From assembly GCF_009914755.1 (NCBI RefSeq), contig NC_060931.1: 64,000 nt of DNA; one strand, given 5' to 3'. The notes below the pieces were generated by a model. That model was not told the origin of the DNA. It ran no database searches and saw nothing but the letters and a program-made list of their open reading frames with translations. This DNA is from the human T2T-CHM13v2.0 reference genome, Homo sapiens. Both the position numbers and the translations under genes were made by a program. Position 1 is the stretch's first letter; each line of letters begins with the position of its first letter. Of the stretch, positions 1-15,199 are shown in pieces.

Positions 1-360
1 GGTGCTAGAGTAATGGGAATATATTTGAAACATTACTTCATCTCTCCGAAGTGAATTATTCTCACCAGGTTCTTAACAGTTTCTGTTAGTTTTTCAGGTT
101 ATGTTTAATAATTCCCATGATACCAGCTGAATGATGATTCTAATTCTCAAATCCTAAAGTGACTCTTGCCTCTCTTGTCCAATTTAACCTGCCACATTGA
201 TTTTTTATTTGTTATGTATTATGACTTTCCTCAAAACTTGGTTGTATTTTGGATTTTCTTTTCTGTATCTCATCCGTTTTTGCATCCGTTCCTGACTAAA
301 GACACACTTTCAATGGTACTTTTTACCTTTTAGATGTTTCAGTATGTTCCCCCCACCCCC

Positions 361-1708
<1,348 letters not shown>

Positions 1709-3741
1709 TGATTCCTAAGGGTAAATTTGTGTATGATTTTTAGCCCCATAGTACAGGACCTTCTTGCACAAAAATTAGGAATTTGACAAAATAAGTAAAT
1801 GACAAGCATCTGAAGATTTTCTTCAAACCATGAATATATTACTTCTCAAAATTTTAAGCCCCCATTTTTGATGTATCAAATAACATTCAGCAGTTGTTTA
1901 TATTACGCTGTATCTGGTAAGTTGTAGGTAATTACTAGAAGAATATAAGATTCTTGAGAGCTGCATAAATGTGATTTCTGCAGGGTCTCTTTAGGTATGC
2001 TATGCTATACACACGCTGGGAGCCTGCAGAAATCACACATACACAAAAGGGCCACTGAATCAGATCTGAAAGAGGAGGGCCATTTTGAGTTGGATAAAGC
2101 TACGTGTATATTACTTGTTTTTTCCACGCCTGTTGACATGGAGAACCAAAACCGGTGTTTCGTGCTTTCAACAAAAATAGTTTTAGTTTTGCTCTGAAAG
2201 AAAAATGGGTTCACATTCTGAAAAAGGTGATTTTGTCACCAGAATATCTGATGAGTAAATCTGCATTTGCATTTTTATCATTGCCTAACTAAAACCTGTT
2301 CAGTTTGGTTAATAAATTATTAATACAGTTCTCTAACTTCTCATCCGGGTACACTGTTGAAATAGCAGACCATCCCATTTATTTCACCAAATATTTCTTA
2401 TACACCTATTTTGGATGAGGCTCTGTTAAACTCTGTTCTCCATATCTGAAAATGTATGGGTTATTACTCTGCCAAAGATTTGTGGTTAAAAAAATTGTGT
2501 TAAGTTCTAAGACTCATCATATCAAGATCAAGCAAAACAATTGACCATGACTAACTTTGGGGTTGAAGGCTACAACTATGTCTTTTAGAGGTAGTTGTCA
2601 CTCAGGCAAATTTTAGGGCATCACAGGGCTAAACATTAATTAACCAAATGAATCAGTTTTAACCACTGCTTTTCCTCAATTCAGTTAAGGGTTAAGGAGT
2701 TACTAATACAGAAAGATGGTGATACAGGAGAGTATGAGAATTATTGATTAAATTATAGATAAATTATAGACTAAAGCATAGTAATATGAGAATGTTTCAT
2801 TTTCTGACGTATTTAACTTAATTACCTAATCTCATTAGAAGTGATTAAGATGAATACTCAGCTTGTATCTCAAGATCTTTTTAGGTATTGATTATAGCAT
2901 CTATAAGTCCACTGACTTTTTGGTTTCTACATGCATTGCCTGGCAGTATCAGTCAGTTCACAATTCAAGTTGAAATTAAAATTTTCTAACAATAAATGAG
3001 AAACAAAAAGTAACATTTATTTTAAAATATTATGTCTTTTAAATTTTGAATATTCAGATTTGAGGATTGAATACTGGCACCTCTCTGTCACTTATGTTTT
3101 GCTAATGATCATCTATGCTTCAGCTCCTCAAAATGGCCTGTCAGGTGTCAGTTTAGCATGCGAGACTTTAAGCTGTCTTTTGTAGTTTCATAAGGGCCAA
3201 AGAGCTTGTTAGCCTGGAATTTAGTGTATTTTGGTACTCATTTGCTTTTAGTTATTCTTTTCTTGATTTTTTTTCAAACTCTTCTCATGAGGAAAATGTA
3301 CAATTCCTACCAATTAGTCATAAGCCAGTTTGGATTTAGGAATTGCATAGTTTATTACTTTGAAATATTATTTTATTCAAATATTTAGCAAATAGTAAAG
3401 ATGTGAATATTTCACTGAATGTTGGGTGATTTGGCTGATAATTAGATCCTCAGAGAAAAACTGAAACTCCTGAAGTTTGTTGCAGAATCTGAAAAGTAAA
3501 CAGGAAAACAGTAGTTTAATATGTTAAGTACTAGTTATTAATGAAAATTAAGCGTGACTTTTTTAGGATTCAATTCCTGTTTTTAGTGGTATAGCTTTCT
3601 GGTATTTTGTAGCTTACTGTGTTCATGAACACAAAAGAACAAGTAACCTCACTAGTGGCTTGAGATCTGACTCGCAGGAAAACATTAGGTAGTAATTAAA
3701 ACAAAGCTTTCCCCCCACCCCCAAGTTTGTGAAATTTTAAG

Positions 3742-4040
3742 CACACTGCCTAATGCAGTCACCACTTGCCGCTTGTGGCTATTGAGCACTTGAAATGTGA
3801 CTAGTCTGTATTCAGATGTAAAATACATGCTGGGATTCAAAGACTTAGTATGAAAAAAAGGATTGTAAAATATCTGAATATTTTATATTAGTTACATGTT
3901 GCCATGATAATGTTTTTGATATATTGGATTTAAAAAAGAATATTAAAATTAATTTCACCTGTTTAACTTTCTTAATGTGGCTATCAAAAAATTTAAAATT
4001 ATATGTGTTTCACCTCACTGATTTATTGGACAATGCCAGT
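3742..4040 (-). mobile_element. MER33 (hAT-Charlie non-autonomous DNA transposon)
   Basis: tgtggctattgagcacttgaaatgtg...aaagacttagtatgaaaaaaag...attaatttcacctgttt...attggaca match the recalled MER33 consensus. Confidence 0.75.
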
Positions 4041-5816
4041 CTAATAGATTTAAAAATTCTTAATATGTACAGTAAATATCAGATATTAAAAGCTTATATG
4101 ATTTGGTTTTTAACCTCTGAACAGTCAATTCTTTGGAAATCTGAGAAGCCCAATTATTCTTTGGTCTCTTCAAGGGCTCCAGGTTGAAGCAGCTGTTCTT
4201 TGAAATTGCCAGTCCTGATTCAGTTGACTAATAGCAATCGATAGATACGGAAGGCTAAGTACTGCTTTGCGGTTGTGCAGCCAAATGAGTGAACTGTACC
4301 TACTGTTTCTCTCCTTTCTGCCTCTTCCCCTGATGGCTTTTATGTGGTTGTTAGTATTCAGTTGATGTTTATGGTAACATAAATCTAAATTGGTTTTCAG
4401 AGACCCAATTCATGTTTTACTATATCCCATAAATTATGTCATAAATTACCATGGCTGACCATCTTATTTACAACCCTTGAGTAATAATCTATCACTCATT
4501 ATATTATTACATATTACTGTAATATTACATTAATATTACTTATTAGTAAACAAAAATGAGTTGTTGATGTGCTTTTGTATGATATCAGCCAAAGCAAAAC
4601 CTACATATGGTAGGAACTGGAAAGCAAGCATTTATTAATAATCAGCCTCTCTTTTCCAGGGGGGTTTAGCTATTTACCTGTGAAAAGCTTGTGTACTTTA
4701 TTTAAAATTTTTGATGTATGTATTGTTTGACAAAAACTTAAAGGGTTTGGGCGCACTGAGAATAGTACAGTGAAGTCACACTGTATGAAAAAGAGAGAGG
4801 CAGTTGGGTAAATGCTGATAATAATGAAATCTGTAAGGTCAGTCTGTGAAGATAAATGTAATATTTGAATTAGTCATCTAGTTTCTCTGAAAAGGTAGTA
4901 AGTTAATCTTGTTCCAAAAAAAAACAACCCGAGCCTGGTCGTTTTGTTTTTCATGCCTTTCATCTTGGGCAATCTTTTGTATATCATGCAAAGGACCATA
5001 CAATTAGCATGAAATGAGAGAGCGCTTTTTAAATTTGATGAATAAGGGCTCTTTTTCTTCAGCTGATATGCATGCAAGGTGGAGGTCTATATCCCACCAG
5101 CACACAGACCACTTGGTATCTGCCCTGTAAGTAGCTCTCAGTTTATATCTGTGCCTTAATGAGGAAAGGGTTCTGGAAGTAATAAAAGTAAGCTTAAAAT
5201 GCATCAGAAATAGCCATAACGCTTTAGTGTAAATACAGAAAAATTCCTAGATTTGAACAGTTCGGCTTCCTACCTTGCTTGGATTCCAGAGATGCCCCTG
5301 TCATTCTCTTTTTCTAGCAATCAATTGAAGACATATTAGTAAGACTTCTATGAAGACGAAAAACTTTTTTTTTTTGGTTGTCTTCTCTGTCATTTATAAT
5401 GAAAATATGCTTTGTTAACAAGTTTTTTTTAGGTGACATGTGTTTAGAAAAATTTTCATGCCTCTATATTTTTATGGGCTGTTTGCTTTTCAGAATACTT
5501 GTCTGTGAGGTTATAGTGCTAATATGTGTCAATGAACATTATTTATTCTTTCTTTAAGGTTTTAATATTCTGTTTTATTGATTAGGAGTGCTCCTCCCTT
5601 GATGTTTTATACAGAGCACAGTACTTAAGAGATGAGATCCCAATGTTGTTGGGAAAGTTTTTATAATTAGTCATTTAAGCTCACACTTTTATATTGTTGT
5701 GCTTCATAATCCCCTAATATGTAGTTAATAACACTCCTTATTACATAAAGGAAGCCAAAATGTCACCCCCAAAAAGATAAATAGGTCATTAATTCAGCCA
5801 ACTTTTTTCCCTTAAC

Positions 5817-5971
5817 TATGATTGCCAGATTTAGCAAATAAAATTACTGGATGCCCAGTTAAATTTGTGTTTCAGATAAACAATAAATAATTTTTTAGTA
5901 TGTTTGTCTTGTGCAATATTTGGGTTATACTTAGACCAAAAAAAGTTATCTATATTTGATCTGGCAACCCC
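5817..5971. mobile_element. MER53 palindromic hAT MITE, internally deleted
   Basis: Terminal inverted repeats ttgccagat...atctggcaaccc; internal cccagttaaattt...tttcagataaacaa. Confidence 0.75.
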
Positions 5972-6689
5972 CGCCATAACTCAGCCCTCTTATTAACTCA
6001 AAGAATTCCCAAGTCTGGCAAATGTGATGTTTGGCCCTCCTGCACTCCGTTTGCCCAATTTTTTTGAAGCCCAAAGTGCCTCAGGTATGCTTTCTCATTT
6101 GTCCACATGTCTTTTGGGAGATAGGAATTGGGAATTGGGCAGACTCTATTCACATCTTACCTACTTTTCATTTTTTAAAAAAGAGAAAATGCTTTCTTTT
6201 TTATTTTTGAAAAACATATTAGCGTATATATTTCTGGATAATTTTCACAATAATATGTTTAAAGATGGTAATAAGGATGATTTAAAGACAGATTTCAATA
6301 TGAGAAATCTAATGCATCCCCTCTCCATTCCCTTTAGGTGAAAAATGCTTCCTTGTAAAGTGATAATATTGATTCATAAAGCTAAGAAGACACCTACAGC
6401 AAAAAGCTTCAGCTTCTCCTTCTCACATCTCTTTATTTTTGGTTCATTTAGTATTAAATGCCTAGCAGTATAATCCCAGACAAAAACCTTTGAAAGAGTG
6501 AATTCATAGAGAACGTGCATTTCCTGGGTGCCTTATAAACAATGTTGAGGGCAAGTGGATAAAAAGTGACTATTCCAAACAACAAACATTACCATCAGCT
6601 GAATGATTTTTAACCTTCCTTTCCTTTCCCTCCCGCACCTCCCACCTTGCCCTCCGCTCCACAGAATCAGAGAGGAACCACTTGTAACT

Positions 6690-7305
6690 TGCATGTCCTC
6701 ATCCTTTGTCATCTGGATTATTACTAAGGCTTCCCAGGTGATATTCCTTCCTCCAGCCTCACTCCATTCCAAGTACCCCGGCTCACCTTCAGTAACTACT
6801 TATCAGATAAAATCCAAGTTGATTAGCATGGCATCCAGCACCCTCCCTGATCTGTGTTCTAATTAATTCCCCCTTCTTTTACTTCTTCCTCAGTGCTCAA
6901 TGCTACAGCAATAACAAATATTTGTCATACATAAAACATTCATATCATCAGGTTTTGTTCATTTTTCCCTCTGACTGCAATGCATATCCTCTTTCATCTC
7001 CATAGCAAAATCCTATCATCCTGGAAAATCCTGTTTAGGTATCATTCCCTGTGTGAGGCTTTCTCTGACCACTCTTCATCATCCTTAGAATGAATTCTGC
7101 TATCCTACTTGAGCTTTTGTATCCACTTGTGGTACCACATGCTTCACAGTGTTTTGTCATGGTTTATTTACATGACAATCACCAGTAGAAGTTTGGAAGA
7201 TTTTTGAAGATAGGACACTATCATCATCATTTTGAATCTCTACTATCTAGTACTAACCCACAAATAACAAGCACTTGAGAAATGTTTGAGTGCCTGAGTG
7301 GATCA
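6690..7305 (+). mobile_element. L2 3' fragment
   Basis: Degenerate L2 3' motifs (cagataaaatccaa...agcatggcatcca; tttttgaagataggac...gcacttgagaaatgtttgagtg). Confidence 0.55.
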
Positions 7306-7471
7306 GCTTTCCACTTGGTAAAACTTTAGGTAAATTTCATCCTGTTAAACTGGTCCTGTGTATTAGCCGCTCACTTACCACCATTTGTCTCTCTTTCACA
7401 TCAATTGGTGAATAGAAAAATGGCTCTTGATTTTTCACCAGGATAGCTAGTCCACCTATGCTGTTTATTAG
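7200..7471 (+). repeat. Local duplication A, donor copy (partner 8864-9138)
   Basis: Manual alignment: ~272 bp with roughly 27 differences. Confidence 0.95.
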
Positions 7472-7878
7472 TTAACTGGGTTTTGTTTTTTTGTTTTTGT
7501 AGAATAAATGAAGTAGGCCCATATAGAGGGGTGGTCATGGGTAGCATTATGTAACAGAGGTGTAAGTTTGCCTTTGGCACACTTTCCATTCAGGTTTGTA
7601 GCTCTCCTTTCAGTTTTTATATCCTTGACCTCTAAGGCTGCCTGTCAATATCTTAGGGATGGGAATAGAGTGGATAGGAGGTGGGCGCAGGGGGGAGTGT
7701 AATCTTCCTACAGGAAAACTTTTCTATTAATATCTTGTGTTCCATCCCCTCAGGGCCTACCCATCACTGAAGTTAATTAATAAGTCCATTCACAACGAGA
7801 TAGTCAATTATATTGATACGTTAAAGTGTAACTCTTCTCAGATAGCATTTTTATTTTTACAGAAACTTTAAATCCATC

Positions 7879-8205
7879 TGTATTAGTCCATTTTCATGCT
7901 GCTGATAAAAACATACCTGAGACTGGGCATTTTACAAAAGAAAGAGGTTTTAGGACTTACAGTTCTGCATGGTTGGGAAGGCCTCACAATCATGGTGGAA
8001 GGCAAGGAGGAGCAAGTCACATCTTACATGGATGGCAGCAGGCAAAGAGAAAGAGCTTGTGCAGGGAAATTCCCATTTTTAAAACCATCAGATCTCATGA
8101 GACTTATTCACTATCATGAGAACAGCATGGGAAAGACCTGCCTCTTCCCACAACATGTGGGAATTCAAGATGAGATTTGAGTGGGAACACAGCCAAACCA
8201 TATCA
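7879..8205 (-). mobile_element. THE1C/D solo LTR (MaLR)
   Basis: tgtattagtcc...ggcaaggaggagcaagtcacatcttacatggatggcagcagg...agccaaaccatatca. Confidence 0.88.
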
Positions 8206-8357
8206 CCCTATTTCCAAAGAATGAATAATATTGGCATGATATATTTTATAACAAATATGCACTTTACAGTACCAAGGAAAAAGGTGTTTGTGAAAAAGCT
8301 GAGGACCTTTTAATCACCACTCAAATAGGATTCCCTAGATTGTGCCTATAACGTGTA

Positions 8358-8668
8358 TAATTGTCCCTCAGTATATAGGGGATTGGTTCCATGACCTCTG
8401 CAGATACTAAAATCTGAGGGTGCTCAAGTCTCAGGTATAAAATGGGCACAGTATATGCATATAACTTACACACATCCTTTCCTATACTATAAGTCATCTT
8501 TAGATTACTTGTAAAAGTTAATATAATGTAAATGCTATATAAATAGTTGTTGTGATGTAGTGTTTTTAAAGTTATACTTTATTGTTGTATTGGTTTTTTT
8601 CTAATAATTTTGATCAGTAGTTGGTTGAATCCATGGATATTGAACCTAAGGATACAGAGGGCTGACTG
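8358..8668 (+). mobile_element. MER2 (TcMar-Tigger) DNA transposon
   Basis: gtccctcagtat..ggggattggttcc...tgctcaagtc...gatacagagggctgactg followed by TA. Confidence 0.8.
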
Positions 8669-8679
8669 TATGTACATGG

Positions 8680-9370
8680 ATGAATCAGAAATTGCATTTG
8701 GCTGAAAGTAATTGATATTCCTGAACTGGTGGCCTTAACAAAACAGGGGTTTGTTTTTCTTTATCTAGAAATGTCTCACGTTAGGCAATTGAGGGCTGAT
8801 AATAGTGGCTCCATGATACTAACAGTTTCCTCAACTTTTTCTCTTTCTGCATCACCACCTTTAATTTTTGAAGATAGGACACAATCATCATTATTTCGAT
8901 TCTCTAGTATCTAGTACTAAGTCTCACAAATGACAAGCACTTGAGAAATGTTTGAGTGCCTGAGTGGATCAACTGTCCACTTGATAAAACTTTAGGTAAA
9001 TTCCATCCTGTTAAACTGGTCCTGTGCGTTAGCCACTCACTTCCCACCATTTGTTATTTCTTTCGCCTCAATTGGTGAATAGAAAAATGGTTCTTGATTT
9101 TTCACCTGGATAGCTGGTCTACCCATGCTGTTTATTAGATGTGTGATTTTTATATATCAGATTGCCTCTAGATTACAAGATGGTCACTGCATCTTCAACC
9201 ATAGCAGGAGGGGACTAGGGTAAAACCCACCCCCCTTTAAGTAATTTTCTGAAAGCCCCATATAACAGCTTTCATTTACATCTCATTGACTATATCTATC
9301 AGCAAGGAAGGCTCAGAAATGTTAGCTAGGCACATTGCCACCCCATCACCATACTTACCTGTAATTAAAG
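8680..9370 (-). mobile_element. Old MLT1 (J/K/L-like) LTR interrupted by the duplication A copy
   Basis: attgcatttggctg...ggccttaacaaaacagggg...tctttctgc, resuming after 9138 with caagatgg...catctcattg...gctaggcacattgccacc. Confidence 0.6.
8864..9138 (+). repeat. Local duplication A, inserted copy
   Basis: About 90% identical to 7200-7471. Confidence 0.95.
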
Positions 9371-9659
9371 AAGAAGAAGAAACGTCCACCAATACACAAC
9401 TACTAATCTTATAACAATTCAAATTTTGCCTTTATGGATCATTCAATTCAAAATAATTAGAACTAAAATTTAGTTTATTTTCATTAATATTTAGAGAACA
9501 TTCCATAAGATACAATTACTTTAATGAATTATAAGGAATTATAAGACTATTCAGAAAATATTTATAGTATGCCCCATTTGCATAGTGCTGTGCTCAGTGC
9601 CAAAGAAGATGGATTAATTCTTTTTCCCCTGAAGTGTTTTATCAGTCTCACAGTCCAGG

Positions 9660-9660
<1 letters not shown>

Positions 9661-9725
<65 letters not shown>
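9661..9725. repeat. (TA)5(TG)25 microsatellite
   Basis: Read directly. Confidence 0.97.
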
Positions 9726-10789
9726 CACATGAAAATTTAAATAATGGAATATTATAGCATATGATTTTGTGTTAATCATGTAGTAAAAATAAAATCACGT
9801 AGTGTAGACTAAATTCTATAGGAAAAATTCCAGATACAAAGAGTAATTGCTGTGGCTGCAGTGGCCAACGAAGGTCTGCAAAAGGTAGATTAATAGATTT
9901 GGCAGGCAAACGAGAATAGCAGAGGGCAGTCCTCCTGTATTCAACTTGTGCCACCTATTATTTTAGGATATTTATCGTACTATATCTCTGATATATTCTT
10001 TAAAATATTTTTAGTATTTTAAAATATTATTTATCCACAGTTTTAAAATTGACTCATGTTTTAATACATATATTTGAAGAGGAAATTTTATGCCAATATC
10101 ATATACGTAAAGCTGATTTTACTTACCAACTAAAGATAACTTTTGAGAAAATACAGTGATACTAAAAATTTTAAATGCATAATGAACTAGAAGTAATAGT
10201 AAGATATAACTTCTAGTTCATTATTTAATAGTAAACAAATTAAGTTCTTCAGTGGGCAAAATGGAACATTTTGTGATCAGTCAGTAGTAAAGGGATATAT
10301 GGCTTAATGGCATGTGGTTTAAGACAAAGATGAAGTTCTACCTCCAATAAGACAATTCTGCCTTTTAATGAAAATTACTACCAGCAGCAAAAACTCCAAT
10401 TCACATGTACATGAAGTTGGAAATATATAAATATGTTTAACCCCTCTTCTTATAGGTTGTTCATAGAATCAGTTTTTAACCAAAATGTTATAGATGACTT
10501 TTGTTTGGCAAACAATTATTCAAGAAGCCACTATAAGACCATTTTCAAAGTCTTTTTCTTCTTTTGAATATGTCAGGTTATTGGGTAATGTTTAAAAAGT
10601 TGTGGAATGAAAGAGACTCTTTGTCATTCACCACTACCATCTTGTTTGTGAAAATACTTATGAAAACCTTTCATCAATTTCAAAATATCTTCACAGAATT
10701 CATTTGAATTTACAACCTGGCCAGGGTTTTTGGATGTTTGATAGTCGCTGGTTGGTTAAAATGGATGAATGAGATCCGGCATTCAGTAA

Positions 10790-11010
10790 TAATAATAAAA
10801 GCTATTATTTGTTGTTCTACTGTGGTTAGAGACTGTGTGGAGTACAGTGCATGCACATATATCATATAGCTCTCCCTATTTGAGGAGTTGAGAAAACTGA
10901 TGCTCAGAAAGGTGAAAGTTTGACATACTCAGGTCACATACCTAATCTGTGGCACAAACTCAAATTCTGATTTGTTGGGTTCAGTCCAAACACTTAAGCC
11001 AAGTCACTGA
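10790..11010 (-). mobile_element. MIR
   Basis: gagaaaactgatgctcagaaaggtgaa...aggtcaca core. Confidence 0.6.
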
Positions 11011-14000
11011 ATCAAAATTGGGGAATACAGCTCTGACTCATGCTTCTTCTCAGAGCCCCTGGTCCCGAGCTTCTTGCAGCTATATCAACCCGTAGGGACC
11101 CCATCCCTGCTGACTTCTGTGTGTACACACGCATGCTAGTTTGTGCAGGGGCTAAGGGGCTGCCTGTAAAGGCTTTGATCCAGAAAAAGAAAGGGGATAG
11201 CTCTTGACCTGTCTTGCACACATCCTTGCGTTTCATTTTTCCTTCTCCTTTTTGCCTTTGAAGCTCTCCTGAACTCCAGCTTCCCAGTGCTCCTCCTCCT
11301 CCTCAATGCTTGTACAACCAGTGGTACTCTCCCCACTACTTAGGAATTACTGAACAGATCAGAGGGAATTACGACAAGAAAATCGACTGGCCCAGGTCTT
11401 CTAGGTCTTTGAATGTCAAATTCAAAAGTTTGAACTCTATTTTGTATGTGGTTAGGAGGTCATTGACAATAATATTATCTTAAATTAAGGTAGATAAAAA
11501 TCAGTGGTTTTCCTCAAAATGCAAACATGGAACACTATTATAAGGGATAACATGTCTATATAATATTGATCATATAGTCATGTCACTGTCTAAGGAAATG
11601 TAAGTGTGTTGTAATAGCTCCCAAACATTTTCTTGTCAATGTTCTTTTTCTAGCAGTTCTTAGCACTGGCATTAATAAGGACTTGGCCTTGTATAGGGCG
11701 TCTAGCAATTTTTCATAACAACAAATTTGGTGATAAGGATAAATTATTTAGGAAATAGATCTTTCCTGATGAACATTTTAAATTGTTACTGAATGAGCAG
11801 CAGCAATCACTTGCATACCTGCACTGAACAGCTAGTCCAGTTCTAAGAGCAATAACTCTCTACAAGTTTGGGGAACAGGTGATTTCTGTTTGACTTTAAT
11901 TCTTGAATTTATTCATTCAGCATGTAATTTTTAAGCATCTACTTTGATCATAGTTTTGTGTTATCCCTGGCAATGTGGGAGGTAGATAATAAGACACTTA
12001 GTGCAAATCATATAAATCCCTGGATAAAAAGTTAAAGCCCATTTTCCTTTTCGTAAATATAAATGGACAAAAAAAAGGAATGTGCTGAAACCTGAGCTAG
12101 AACTATAGCCACAGTGCTTTAGGTCTCATATAATGAATCTGGCTGAAATAGCACTTTATATTTTTATTTTAAAGAAACATACGTTTCATATTCTGACATG
12201 ATTTTAAATGTAATGAACGAGCATTTTACAAAACAATTTTGTATACTTTCCTTGATGGAAAATATTATGACACAAAGGTATATGTTAATTTTGTTGTCAC
12301 CAAACCTAGTAAAACATTAGAAAAAGCATGTAGTATCAGCTTCTGGATCTCCTTGGTCACATAGGATTAAGAGGCAAGGCACCCTCAAGTCATGTGTGAC
12401 TGACTCATCTCTTTCCTCACATTTAATTATATTCACTAGGAGCTGTCAGAGAGTCTCCTACCTGTCCTCTCCTTTACCTTTCCTGTGCCAGGACCAGAGA
12501 TCAGGCCCTTATCTTCCCTCATTGGATTTACTACAGAGTCTTCCGACAAACCTTCTTCCTTCTGACTTTTGCCTTTCTGGTCTATTCTTTACACAGCACT
12601 AGAGTTTTCTACTTTAAAAAAGAAAAGTTATATTATTTTCCCACCTCTCCCTCAAAAATCTACTATGTTATTTGTTCCTTAAGAGGCATTTGCCAGTGGA
12701 CCTGCAGGTCTGGCCAAGCCCCTGCTAGGACTGTGTCTACCTTGTACGTTGTGCTGGAATCAACTTGCCATTTCCTAAACATGCGTTGTAATCACACAGC
12801 TCTCTGTCTGCTTGCTAAAGATTGAGTGTGGAATACCTTTTTTGTAGCAGCTGCTCTGGAGGTTAGCCCTGCCCTTCATTTCCAGCCTAGAATGTGACTG
12901 TTTTCCCTGGAGCCTTTCCAGGTTCTCCCATCAGAAGTTCATTCTCTGCTTGAAGCACTTTCATACTATATTGATTTTTTACCTCTATTAGGTAAAAAAT
13001 TATATGTTTTGGTTTCTCTCTTTTATATCTTTCTCTTTCTTTTCCCTTTTTCGTTTCTTTTCTTTCTTTTAACATGCGTGTTTTTCTTCTTTGCTCTGGG
13101 TGCCCAAAAACTGTGAGCCGACTTCAAAGTGTGGAAACCACAGTCATACTGATTCTTACCTTCAGCATGTTTTGGTTCATTTTCCTTGTCCCAGACTTTC
13201 TATTTCAATGGTTTTCTTTATTCTAATGTCAGATATTGCCTCAGAACCTTTGTAAGAAGAGATACAGTAGGGTTTTGAGTCAATATAAATAAACACATAG
13301 ACTAAGTTCTATGAATCTTTACTTGCCGATCTTGTATCTTTCAGTACTGGATAAGTGAAGTGAATGTAAATTGAAGCCTGTTTATATCTTCCCATCTTTT
13401 TAAGTATCTGCATAGAAAAATTTGTTATTAGTTTTTATGAATAAGGCAATCACCCAAACATTTCCTCATGTGGCTACAAGAATATTTTTTAATTATAAAA
13501 AATATACCAGTCCTTAAAATATGTATTTTATTGATAAAAATCAATGCTTGTATTTCTCTGATTCTTAAAGAAGATAATATTACAACAAATACTAATGATA
13601 TACTTATGCATTTATAAGGAAAATTATTTGTATGAAGTTAGATATTCTTGGCTAGTATTAATTGGATTCTCCTGACTATTAATTTGATGTAAATCCTCAA
13701 GAGTTACAGTTAAGGTGACATTAGTTTTACTCTGTTTTAGCCTCTAACCCATATTTTTGTGTTCAGCATGTCCTTATCTTAAAAGTTGCTGTCGCCAGGA
13801 TATTCTAAGTATCTATATCTTACAGAAATTTATTCTTGTTATATATTTTTGGAAGTACCATTCATTGGTGATGCATCATATCAATTCTCTGTACTCTTAA
13901 AAAATTATCTGAAATACTTGATCATAAAATCAAACTAAGGAACAAAGAAGTTCTATTTGTTAGCTCCATTCTGGAGCCTGTCTTTCTGGGTACCTTTCAA

Positions 14001-15199
14001 TGAAAGAAGTCAATGAAAGAAGTCAAAGTGGCCTCTAAATCACAGGCCACTTTTTACTCTTCTGAAATTGGATTACTTAGTTTTGTGTTGTTTTTAGGCT
14101 CTTTTTTGTTGATTACGTGAACCAAGCTCCCCATTGAACCTCCCTGGTGACTTGAGTCAGCGTTGAGAGCCCGGAACTGGGAGCTCTGATTCCCTTTGTG
14201 GCTTTTTGACAATTACCTAACTTTGCTGTATTTCTTCATTGACACCGTTGGGATAATTGCCTTTCATACCTCGTGGGAGTATTGTGAGATTAATTAATGT
14301 TTGTAAAGTGTTTTCAGGATCACGATGAAAGGTATTAATTTATAAGCATGTGGTATTATTATAATTATTATTAGTAATAGGGATGGTTGTTTAATGCAAA
14401 TTTTCTTCTAAATGTAGTGTCATATTTTCAAAGGACAACTTCTTTCTTTGTGGCCAGATGTGGATACAATTAACCCTTTACCCTTTATTTTGAAGATACA
14501 ATTAGCCAATTGTGTGTGCAATTAGATGTGTATGCAGTTTTTGCCTGAACAACTAATTACAGCCCTGGTAAAACTTCTTTTGAAAAACGCTGGCCCTTTG
14601 AATGTTGACTGTGTCTATCTGTGTAATAAGCAATTTGTGCTAAGCATATTTTGGGGCCATGGAGGCTCCTGAATATTGAAGAATTGCTTTTGCAGTTACT
14701 TGAGAAAGATTTTATGTTCTTCATACCATAGCATTGTATTTTGCCATTGAGCCTACAAGTCCTCTCACATGGTTCTAGTTTCAAAGGTTTTATTGGTTTT
14801 TCTTAATCTTGACATTCAGTGGAAATATTTTCCACAGACTGCATTTTGGGAAACAGGTTTTTCTTTTGGAATTTTTTTTTCCCTTGAAAATTCCATTTCC
14901 TTTCTGTCTTCAATTCAAACATGTCATCTTATATCCTCCTTACTCACTAAAGAGGACTGATCCTCTCTTCCCAGATATGGCCTGGTGAAACCATTTTTAC
15001 AGGGTGCTTTTAATCACTACAATGTAACTTCTATTTATACGGAAAAGTAGGAAGAAAAATGAGGAGACCCAGAAGATAGTGTTATAGCCATTTGTCTCCA
15101 CTAATCTCCTAAGTGAAAGGGGAACGTTTTTGGCTTTTAATGGTGAGTTTAGTAACGGCCTCTTTTAAGACAGCTACTCTTTAACAGTGCTCTTCAGTG

